A DNA stretch of 25,960 bases from Pseudomonadota bacterium (GTDB taxonomy: Bacteria > Bdellovibrionota_B > Oligoflexia > Oligoflexales > CAIMVM01), in NCBI GenBank assembly GCA_037142195.1, contig JBAXBA010000050.1:1-25960 (forward strand). Direction: 5' to 3'. Both the position numbers and the translations under genes were made by a program. Of the stretch, positions 8,417 through 15,932 are shown one piece after another. Each line of letters starts with the position of its first letter. Position 1 is the stretch's first letter. Below the pieces are notes generated by a model that had not been told where the DNA came from, searched no databases, and saw only the letters and a program-made list of their open reading frames with translations.

Positions 8417-8983
8417 CTAAAAGGGCTGATTTGAAATAACGGAATACCAAATGTCTCCATCATAACTTAATACGGAGTTTGTCAGATCGGCATATGTGTA
8501 CTTTACTCCAGCGCCCAAAGTATTAGAAGTATAGCCACATCGAGCACACTTCTTCCAGACTCCTGCGGGATCATTGGCTACAAAACCATCGTTTGTATTC
8601 TGAATGAGTGGCATAATATGTCCGTTTTCTGTGAACCATCCATGTATCACGACAATTCTATTTTGCTTAAGGTGATTGATTATCGAGGATCTGGATCCTG
8701 TTCTCGTTCCCGTTGCATAGAGTCCAAAGTCTTTATAAATTGCCGTTTGACCTTCTGGTGTGGCTCCCTTGGCCTTACCATAGCGCTGGTATAGACTATC
8801 AGGGGAGACTTTTCTTGCTTTAAAATAGGATATTACCATGGCAGCTGAAGTCAGGCCGCAAGTGGCATCAGGCTCGTAGACATTGTCATATTGGGAAAAA
8901 TAAGGGACCTGACCAGCAGCTTTTGCTAAAGACGATGATTGAAAGTAGAAAAAAACAAGAGACCCTATAACTAATAATTTCAT
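8417..8983 (-). CDS. Secreted C39-like cysteine peptidase (Peptidase_C39_2 type)
   Basis: Signal peptide; VPYFSQYD..ATCGLTSAAMVISY (Gln/Cys), GHI (His), NDP (Asp); RBS GGGAAGG. Confidence 0.85.
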   Translation of the reverse strand: MKLLVIGSLVFFYFQSSSLAKAAGQVPYFSQYDNVYEPDATCGLTSAAMVISYFKARKVSPDSLYQRYGKAKGATPEGQTAIYKDFGLYATGTRTGSRSSIINHLKQNRIVVIHGWFTENGHIMPLIQNTNDGFVANDPAGVWKKCARCGYTSNTLGAGVKYTYADLTNSVLSYDGDIWYSVISNQPF

Positions 8984-9036
8984 TTTTTTTCGCCTTCCCC
9001 ATAGAAGACGCCCTTCATTTATTGTGGCTATACTCC

Positions 9037-9066
9037 ATTATATTTTAAAAAGGAGGGCAAGTTCAA
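9037..9066 (-). promoter_or_regulatory. Putative sigma70 promoter of the C39 peptidase gene
   Basis: TTGAAC (9066-9061)-18 bp-TATAAT (9042-9037). Confidence 0.5.
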
Positions 9067-9607
9067 ATCCTCGGGAACTCTGCAATTTGATGAAATTGAA
9101 AATAGGCGCTTTTTTTCTATGATATTCAGCAGAAATTTAATTTCCTGGAGAGGAGACTTCGTTTCGAAACAATGCGAGTAAAGGCCGGACGTCAAAAATT
9201 CTTTAAAAGTGGCTTCAAAAAAGAGCGCTTATTGTTGGTTTGGTGATGGATAGCTTTAAAAGTTGGGATCGTTTCCTAGAGTATCAATTTGGTGGACTGA
9301 TTCTAAAAATATTTCGAAGTCTGAGTATCGGTATAGCCCAGTTAGAGACGCTTTGTTGGCCTTGAAAAAGGTCCTGTTGCCAGATTCCATGAACGCCCAT
9401 TTCAAGACACTTCGAGCAAAGAGTTTTTTTTGTAGATTCCAGACAGGTATTTACTCTTTTTTCGTCATAAGTAAGTTTTCTCAAAACGTGTTGGCTAGCA
9501 CAGGGCAAATAAATAGCTAGACAAATATTTCTTTAGTCCCCGGCGAACTTGAAGCTGGCAAGCCAGTTACAAAACAATATAGACAGAAAGAAGAATCATC
9601 TTAGAGT

Positions 9608-10192
9608 CTATTTTAAACAGTCAGCAACCATTGCGCTTTCAGAGCTCGCAGCGAGATTTTTGTTAGTGTAGCAAGCAGTGACAAAGTTTGCATTTGAAGC
9701 AGAACAATCGCCATTAGCAGCTTGTTCCTTAGTGGGGATATACCACTGGGCCAAAACAACGCCCTCTTTTTCTCCGCAGGCCACGAGTTTTGCGCCTTTT
9801 GCTTGATTTTGCTGCACTCTTTCATCTGGGGTTCCTAGCTTATCCATAGCGGCTAAAAAACTGGGAAAAGTACATTCAAAGCTCGTCGCTTTTGGCACTG
9901 AGGAGCAGGCGCTCCGAGAAAAATCCCAAATGTTTCCTGCTTTATTGCAGTCCTCAATTTTCTTAGGAAAAGAGACCTCGACAAAATCTTTAGTGAAGTC
10001 ACATTTTTTCGCTATTGCCGAGCCCAATGTCTTTGTTGCTGGTAAGGCTGCTCCAATAGCATTTTGTGTCCCATCGGCAGCAGTTTGGGCTCCTTCGGCA
10101 GCAGTTTGTGAGTTACCTCCTGTAAAAGAGGCTTCCTTAGCGCACCCGTAGGCGGTAAGCAACATAAGAATACCAAGGCAATGAGGCTTCAT
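9608..10192 (-). CDS. Hypothetical Cys-rich lipoprotein
   Basis: Lipobox-like AYGC; RBS GGGAG; Ala/Gly/Thr tether with a 21-nt duplication (QTAAEGA QTAADGT; 10074-10108); 8 Cys after the lipobox Cys. Confidence 0.8.
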   Translation of the reverse strand: MKPHCLGILMLLTAYGCAKEASFTGGNSQTAAEGAQTAADGTQNAIGAALPATKTLGSAIAKKCDFTKDFVEVSFPKKIEDCNKAGNIWDFSRSACSSVPKATSFECTFPSFLAAMDKLGTPDERVQQNQAKGAKLVACGEKEGVVLAQWYIPTKEQAANGDCSASNANFVTACYTNKNLAASSESAMVADCLK

Positions 10193-10224
10193 GTAGTATC
10201 TCCCACAACATTAACAGTATCCTC

Positions 10225-10251
10225 TTATCGGCACCGGAAAAACGAACCTTG
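10225..10251 (-). promoter_or_regulatory. Putative sigma28 promoter of the 9608-10192 lipoprotein
   Basis: CAAG-N15-GCCGATAA with a perfect -10 and CAAGGTTC versus the extended -35 consensus TAAAGTTT; 32 nt upstream of the ATG. Confidence 0.6.
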
Positions 10252-10277
10252 TCTTTTCTTGTAAATGCCGGTATATT
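10249..10277 (+). promoter_or_regulatory. Putative sigma70 promoter of the DUF1499 gene
   Basis: TTGTCT (10249-10254)-17 bp-TATATT (10272-10277). Confidence 0.5.
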
Positions 10278-10307
10278 TGGGATTAATTCGCTATATTTAA
10301 AAGGTTT

Positions 10308-10745
10308 TTGATGATTATTAATGTCGCCGTAGGGATTGTTTTGTTAGGAGCAGCTTTTTTTGGGTACCGCAGCTACACGGCACAGGAATCCATCCCCAGA
10401 TTTAATGGTGAGATTTTGGCTTGCGAGGGAAAACCTAATTGCATCTCAACAGCTGGTCCCGCTGGTTTCCTGGCAGCTCCTTGGCAGTTGAAGGGAGCTT
10501 TTGAGGGAATTAAAGATATTATCAAATCTCAGCAGCCCCAAATACTCGCAGATCAAGAGAACTATTTACATGTAGTATTCAGAAGCCGTATTTTTCAATA
10601 CCCCGATGACGTGGTTCTAAAGAAAGAGGGTGATCAAATTCTTTTTAGGTCTAGCTCCAGGGTCGGATACTCCGATATGGGGGTGAATCAAAAGCGCATG
10701 CAAGGATATGAACTCAAATTGAGAGAGTTGGGACTCATTCAATAA
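10308..10745 (+). CDS. DUF1499 domain membrane-anchored protein
   Basis: N-terminal TM segment; C..KPNCIST, YLHVVFRSRIFQYPDD and RSSSRVGYSDMGVNQKRM are characteristic of DUF1499. The start is TTG 10308 or ATG 10311. Confidence 0.9.
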   Translation: MMIINVAVGIVLLGAAFFGYRSYTAQESIPRFNGEILACEGKPNCISTAGPAGFLAAPWQLKGAFEGIKDIIKSQQPQILADQENYLHVVFRSRIFQYPDDVVLKKEGDQILFRSSSRVGYSDMGVNQKRMQGYELKLRELGLIQ

Positions 10746-10989
10746 AGCACATAGATACCAAACTGTGGCTATTCCTTTATTTCTTGCTTTCAGAGTCTAG
10801 TGGCTAGATTCCTTGGAAAAGAGCTGTGACTCAGCAGGTATTTATGAGGCGATCGATTCAGTTAGCATAACTTTTTTTGCCATACTCTATCGGCCTTATC
10901 TTCATTTTTATCTTTCCAGATCGAATTTCTAAATCTAGAAAATTGGCTTTTGGGGACGGAAATATTGGTAAATGAAGAAGAAGCTATCT

Positions 10990-12384
10990 TTAATAGAAAA
11001 CAGCTGTCGCATTATTGCTTGGATTTGGGTCTTTGAACTTTGATAGAACTTCAAGGGTGACCATTTCCTCGCTTTTGCCTGTTAGAGTGACACTTGCCTC
11101 ATCTTTAGCTGCTATATGATTTAAGTTTAACGAGTAATGAAGATCGTCGATTTTCTTAAGCGGGCCTTGAAGGGATGAAATTTCAGTCAGACTATTTTTT
11201 GTGATAATGAGGACAACGTCATCAGCTCCACTTGGTCCTAGATTTTTGACGGAAACATTCAAGATGCCGTCTTGTTTCTTAACTTGAAGGTCCAAATCCG
11301 TGGACTCGCTTTGCTGTACTCTAAAGTTCAGGGAGTAGCCAAGTGCGCCGTTGAATTGATTCACTTTTAGGTACCATTTTCCTTGGGGAGCGCTGTCAAC
11401 GGCTAAATATTCCGTTCCTGAGCCTTCCGACAATCCGACGATTTCTGCTTCAGAAAGTAGTCCGTCTTCATTGATGTCGTGATACAAGGTGAGGTCTGCA
11501 TCTCCATTTCCGAAGGTCCGTTCCATCTTGATTTTCAAATTTGATGTTTCTTTTAGGGTGAATGAAAAAAAATCTATGGGATCCTCATCACTGACGTAAT
11601 CAGTAAGTTTAGTTTCATCTGCTAAAATCTCGACAAAGAAAGCATCCTCCGGCGTAGCTCCCCCTTTGTCCTCCATTTGGCTGGAAGGAAAGTACTTGAA
11701 ATTGAGGCTGTATTCGGCAGCTTCATCATCATAGAGAATAGAGAAGTAGTAGTCTGCTTGGTTGATTTTCAAACTTATTTTTTGTGGCGACTGGTCTACA
11801 TTCATGATGTCGACAAGCTCTGTGGATTCCATCTTTTGATCGCGATTTCCATCGCGAAAGAGTTTACCCATAAGAATCTTTTCTGAATTTAAAATGACCT
11901 CCATAGTTCCATCTCTCTCGGAATGGAATTTGTACCATTTCTCATTGTGCTGGCGATCAATTTTGTCGTAGACGAGGTAATTAGCTTCCCCGGTGGGTAT
12001 ATTTAGTGCTACAGCAGGAGTCTTGCCCCCTTGGGAAGAGGAAATCAGGACTTCTTCGATGGCAGCTTCTTCTACGCATACTTTCTTTTGCTTAATAGTC
12101 AAGTTCCCATAGTCAGTTACTATTTTTCCAAAGGGTGGGTAGCAAGTAGCAAGTACAAATTCTTCTTTTCTAGCAAGTTTTAGCCCAGAGCTAAGTTCAC
12201 TTCCATGTCCCCAAATGAGATCTGGCTTAGCTAAACTAGCATCCAGCGAGGTACTGCCAAAAGTTGAAAAAAGACGACTTCGATCTTCTGAATTGTTTAT
12301 TTTTCGTGTCCAATTGATCTTTGGGTTGGAACAAGAAGAAATGAGAATAAGTGTAAGATAGAGAACATAAGGGATGTTTTTCAT
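10990..12384 (-). CDS. Lipoprotein with pre-peptidase C-terminal (PPC)-like beta-sandwich domains and a C-terminal DUF11-like domain
   Basis: Lipobox ISSC; PPC-like segments DPIDFFSFTL..GDADLTLY..GKWYLKV..YSL and KWYKF..DYYFSI..EYSL; DUF11-like TDLDL..VKNLGPSGADDVV..DPNPSNNAT. The ATG overlaps the trmO stop (ATGA). Confidence 0.7.
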   Translation of the reverse strand: MKNIPYVLYLTLILISSCSNPKINWTRKINNSEDRSRLFSTFGSTSLDASLAKPDLIWGHGSELSSGLKLARKEEFVLATCYPPFGKIVTDYGNLTIKQKKVCVEEAAIEEVLISSSQGGKTPAVALNIPTGEANYLVYDKIDRQHNEKWYKFHSERDGTMEVILNSEKILMGKLFRDGNRDQKMESTELVDIMNVDQSPQKISLKINQADYYFSILYDDEAAEYSLNFKYFPSSQMEDKGGATPEDAFFVEILADETKLTDYVSDEDPIDFFSFTLKETSNLKIKMERTFGNGDADLTLYHDINEDGLLSEAEIVGLSEGSGTEYLAVDSAPQGKWYLKVNQFNGALGYSLNFRVQQSESTDLDLQVKKQDGILNVSVKNLGPSGADDVVLIITKNSLTEISSLQGPLKKIDDLHYSLNLNHIAAKDEASVTLTGKSEEMVTLEVLSKFKDPNPSNNATAVFY

Positions 12385-13064
12385 GTGGCAGGCTCAAGGG
12401 AAAATATGGTGGCTATTCCTCCTAAAACCGTCCATCTTGCTTCGAAGTTACCAACACGAACTCCCCAGCTTTGACCTGGCTCGCCATCGCTTCCTCGTTC
12501 CCAGGCAGGACGGGGGTCCAAGGAAATGGTAGATTCTATAGCTTCCTGGTCGCAACGGTTCCGAGGGGGCTGGGTTTCCCATACTATATTTAGAACAGGA
12601 TCGGTGTCTGTGGCCCAAGCGCTTTTGGCAGCAGGAATCATATCCGCATAGGGAATGTAGGGCTTAATATCTAATAACGGGGTTCGATCCAGAAAGTCGC
12701 CTCCCTCAATCTCTAGTACGGGATGTTTTTGAGAAAGATCTATGGCGAGAAGCTTTACGGCACTGAGACCAATGGAGTTGGGACGAAAGGGTGACCTTGT
12801 CGCAAACACTCCTCGTCCTTCCTTTCCGCCTAGTCGCGGTGGTCTGACAATGGGCTTCCATGATTTTCCTTTAGTCTCATGGAAATAGAAAAGGATCCAA
12901 ATATGAGAAAAGTCACTGAGTCCCCTTAGTGCCTGAGTCATATCACCTGGGCCATCTAAGACTAGGGAGCATTTTATAGATTTGGCAAGCCCGGCCTGCC
13001 TTGGAATGCCAAAACGTTCCGACCATGGGGATCTAATATGTCCTATGGGAGTAGACTCAAACAT
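12381..13064 (-). CDS. trmO: tRNA (N6-threonylcarbamoyladenosine(37)-N6)-methyltransferase TrmO/TsaA
   Basis: PIGHIRSP..FGIPRQ, FSHIWILFYFH, VRPPRLGG..GVFATRSPFRPNSIGLS, TPLLDIKPYIPYAD, DPRPA. Start moved to ATG 13064 (MFESTPIG), which overlaps the end of the upstream gene. Confidence 0.93.
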   Translation of the reverse strand: MFESTPIGHIRSPWSERFGIPRQAGLAKSIKCSLVLDGPGDMTQALRGLSDFSHIWILFYFHETKGKSWKPIVRPPRLGGKEGRGVFATRSPFRPNSIGLSAVKLLAIDLSQKHPVLEIEGGDFLDRTPLLDIKPYIPYADMIPAAKSAWATDTDPVLNIVWETQPPRNRCDQEAIESTISLDPRPAWERGSDGEPGQSWGVRVGNFEARWTVLGGIATIFSLEPAT

Positions 13065-13794
13065 GAGAGACTTCAGTAGGTAAATCTTTGTTGATTTTGA
13101 GTCTGCTAGCAACACGTTTGCTAATTTCATGGATAATGTGGGACTCAGCAACCGGAACCTTTCCTAATGCTTTTCTAACATGTTCCTTTAAAATGCGACT
13201 GTCCTTCATTTGGAGTAAGTCTATCATATCCATGACTCTCTCTACAAGATGACGGTGCTGGCCGGAATCCAAAGGATCTTTATTGATACGAAAATCAGTG
13301 GTTTGAAGTTTCACTTTATCCGTACGTAAAATGTAAGCATAAAGCATGACCGCTTGGGAAAGATTTAAAGAAGGGTAAGTTGTAGCCAGGGGGAGAGTGC
13401 TTACCAGATCACTTTGACGAATCATTTCATCCGATAGGCCCGAACGTTCGCCGCCAAAAAGTAGGGCTACTTTTTTAACGAGGTGTCCTTTTTCAGATAG
13501 GAGTCTAGGCAGGTCATCTGCTTCCGTATAGTCGATTTTGCAGCGGCGATGGCGGGCGGTGGTGGCAATGATGACGTCACAATCAAAGGCTGCTTCTGAC
13601 AAACTTGAAAAAGTTTCTATGCCCTCTAGAATTTCTTTGGAGCCATGCGCCAAAGCAATGGATTCCTTGGAAAGGTGATCCACTAGTGGCTGAATGAGGC
13701 GAATAGTGCGATGTCCTGTGGTCTTAATAGCCCTTGCAGCACCACCAACATTAGCTGGGTGCTCTGGACGGTCAAGAATAAAAACAATTTCCAT
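13057..13794 (-). CDS. SPOUT tRNA/rRNA methyltransferase, TrmJ/LasT family
   Basis: FILDRPEHPANVGGAARAIKT, ALAHGS..IL, ATTAR, ALLFGGERSGLS, YPSLNLSQAVMLYAY. Confidence 0.9.
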   Translation of the reverse strand: MEIVFILDRPEHPANVGGAARAIKTTGHRTIRLIQPLVDHLSKESIALAHGSKEILEGIETFSSLSEAAFDCDVIIATTARHRRCKIDYTEADDLPRLLSEKGHLVKKVALLFGGERSGLSDEMIRQSDLVSTLPLATTYPSLNLSQAVMLYAYILRTDKVKLQTTDFRINKDPLDSGQHRHLVERVMDMIDLLQMKDSRILKEHVRKALGKVPVAESHIIHEISKRVASRLKINKDLPTEVSHV

Positions 13795-14123
13795 TGGATT
13801 TCGCCCTATACCAAAGGGTCCCTCTTACCTTTTTTTGCAAGTGGCTGTAAAGAGCGAAGTCATTCCTCGGATTTAACCTTAAGAAACAAAAGGAAATGGA
13901 GTTCCTTTCTGAACGAAAAAGCCCAAAGCCAATTGGGAACTTTTTGGCCTTATCTAGCGGTTGTTATGGGTTCGATAACCCAATCAAAATTTTGAGAATC
14001 ATCGGACTCCCGAACAATATCGGCCACTTACAAGGCAGCATTGCTTTCTTTGTCTAGCAAAACTACGACTTCGCTTCCAAAGCCTTGGAGGCGCCAGCGA
14101 TAAAAAGGTGCCATATCAGCCTT

Positions 14124-14552
14124 TTAGGGCATCATCGCCATGTTATTTTCATAGTTTTCCGTGGCATCCATAGCCCAAGCTAAGATGTCTCTCGAGGTGA
14201 TAATTCCTTGAAGCTCATGTTGGGAGCCTAGCACCGCTAGAGCATCCACTTTGTCATCAATCATGATTTCTGCCGCCTCTGATATTAAAGAGAACGGTGA
14301 TATCGTTCGAATGGGAAAGAAATCCATTTCGTTCAGAAGCAAGTCATAATGGGACGCGCATCCCGAGGTCGCAGCCCGCAAGTGAGGTAGCAATTCACGC
14401 TCGCTGACGATGCCCAGCAGCCGACCAAAGTCTACAACAGGCAGGTGATGAAACTTTCCAGAGCGCATGAGATGAAATGCTGAGCGAATCGAGCTTTTAG
14501 GATGCAGGCAGACTGGATTCTTTGTCATAAAGTCGGCTACCAAAGTTTTCAT
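14124..14552 (-). CDS. Tandem CBS-domain protein
   Basis: VADFMTKNPV, FHHLPVVD.GRLLGIVSERE, AAEIM..KVDALAV..LQGIITSRDIL. Start moved to ATG 14552, which is preceded by GGGGGG as RBS. Confidence 0.88.
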   Translation of the reverse strand: MKTLVADFMTKNPVCLHPKSSIRSAFHLMRSGKFHHLPVVDFGRLLGIVSERELLPHLRAATSGCASHYDLLLNEMDFFPIRTISPFSLISEAAEIMIDDKVDALAVLGSQHELQGIITSRDILAWAMDATENYENNMAMMP

Positions 14553-14587
14553 AAGTTCCCCCCAAATGATGCTGGTCATTTTGGCTA

Positions 14588-14604
14588 TGCAAATTTGTGA
14601 CCAA
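14588..14604 (-). promoter_or_regulatory. Putative sigma54 (-24/-12) promoter of the CBS gene
   Basis: TTGGTCACAAATTTGCA = GG-N10-GC with TTGCA, 35 nt upstream of the ATG at 14552. Confidence 0.5.
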
Positions 14605-14874
14605 AAGTAAGGCATTGATATTGTTAGATGAGGCATCATGGAATTTAGCAACTTAGCGGCTGAATGCTTGCTAGAGTGGCATTTCGAGCTTTTTGATGAG
14701 GTTGCGTTCGCCACGCGGGTGGATGGCAAATCAGAAAGAGGCTTGCTTTGCGACTTTGGGCAATGAGATTCTGTATCTGAAAGAGTTTATCCATAACCAG
14801 AGAAACCGCAAATGACCTAGCGGCTTCCCAGTTGGCGAAGCCGCAAATGTATAGGAGACCGTGGAATAGTATTT

Positions 14875-14917
14875 AAAATTAAAGTTCCCCCGCGAAACTT
14901 CAGGTCTCAGGGGGGAG
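14875..14917 (-). terminator. Intrinsic terminator of the 82-aa gene
   Basis: Minus strand TCCCCC-C-TGAGAC-ctgaa-GTTTCG-C-GGGGGA followed by ACTTTAATTTT. Confidence 0.6.
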
Positions 14918-14948
14918 CCAAAAAATAAATCTGTAATGAGCTCAGGGG

Positions 14949-15197
14949 TTATATAATTTCACGACCTGCGATGAAACCAGCAGTTCGTGACTGACAACCG
15001 CAGGTTCGGTTTCCCGCGGATTCAAATTGGGCCGAGCAAGCTATACATTTTCTGATTTTAACTTTTATGGGGGAAAGCCCCGCTAGCTTTCTAGCATGAT
15101 TCTTAAGTTCGATCTCTTTAAGTACCGATGGGGGCAGGCGCTTAACCTTATTGTCCTTAAAAGTCGGTTCTTTAACAGCCGTATTCGCTAGTGTCAT
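14949..15197 (-). CDS. Small basic protein with a putative Zn-ribbon (CxxC...CxC)
   Basis: RBS GGAAGG; K/R-rich; RKCIACSAQFESAGNRTCGC; has its own terminator. Confidence 0.75.
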   Translation of the reverse strand: MTLANTAVKEPTFKDNKVKRLPPSVLKEIELKNHARKLAGLSPIKVKIRKCIACSAQFESAGNRTCGCQSRTAGFIAGREII

Positions 15198-15343
15198 AGA
15201 CTTTTACCTTCCTAAAGTGGAGAGTCGCAAAAAGCAGGCCATAAAAACAGAAGCCTAAAAAATTGTCAACTCATTTCTAAAAAAGATTTGTCTTCTTGCC
15301 AATTTGGAGTTGATCCCAAGCCCCTGGGCTGCAAGGTCTAAAC

Positions 15344-15371
15344 GGTAAAAAAGGTAAAAAAAGGTAAAAAA
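15344..15371. repeat. Three copies of GGT-A(6-7), phased A-tracts
   Basis: ggtaaaaaa ggtaaaaaaa ggtaaaaaa at 15344, 15353 and 15363. Confidence 0.8.
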
Positions 15372-15435
15372 TAATGGAGAATCCTCGCTGCGGAACGTCA
15401 AAAAGGACGCCTTTTGATGGAGCGAAGCAGTACAT

Positions 15436-15702
15436 TTAACGGGTAGGAACGAAGCCCATAAGGGTCATACCAGGCTTAATTTGGGCATAGGCAATTTGGA
15501 TGAGCCTGCCGTTTGCATATTCACCGTAAAGGGGCACAGTTGCCGTAGGCTGTGGAAGGTGGGGGGGGTAGATCCATCCTGTGGTACCCTCCGATTCTAC
15601 CTTGACTAAGCCAGGTGCTGGCGAAGGCAGCAGATGAACTTTTCGCGTTTCACTGGGAAAGCAGCTGATAGCGGCCATAATAATAAATAGAAAACTTTTC
15701 AT
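15436..15702 (-). CDS. Small hypothetical exported protein or lipoprotein
   Basis: RBS GAGG; MKSFLFIIMAAISC signal with a possible lipobox; Pro-rich. Confidence 0.6.
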   Translation of the reverse strand: MKSFLFIIMAAISCFPSETRKVHLLPSPAPGLVKVESEGTTGWIYPPHLPQPTATVPLYGEYANGRLIQIAYAQIKPGMTLMGFVPTR

Positions 15703-15932
15703 TTTTCATACCTCTAGTAGAATCACTGCAAGAATCATTCTTAGCGCCAAAAAGAAAATAAAGAGGCTATCTTTGCTGGAAACCGGTCGATGGGGTGGTA
15801 TCAAAATGTTTTTAGGGACGAAAAAGAGTGTGTTTATTTATAAGCCACGGAGCCAATTAGGTGCCAATTGTTTTGGAATTCTGTTACTTTCCTCAAGCGG
15901 TGAAAATATCTTTTTCGAGGGCGAGTGGAAAC

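Noticed and set aside
9498..9572. c-di-GMP-I riboswitch-like ends (GCACAGGGCAAA ... GGCAAGCCAGTTAC)
   Set aside because: The GAAA-tetraloop stem and the central GCAAA/receptor elements are missing, and no downstream plus-strand gene follows.
10887..10894. GCCGATAG on the minus strand as a sigma28 -10 (similarly GCCGATAT at 14017-14024)
   Set aside because: There is no good -35 at 15-nt spacing and no suitably placed gene start.
13966..13983. GGGTTCGATAACCC resembling a tRNA T-arm
   Set aside because: Loop size is wrong and no acceptor, D or anticodon arms can be folded.
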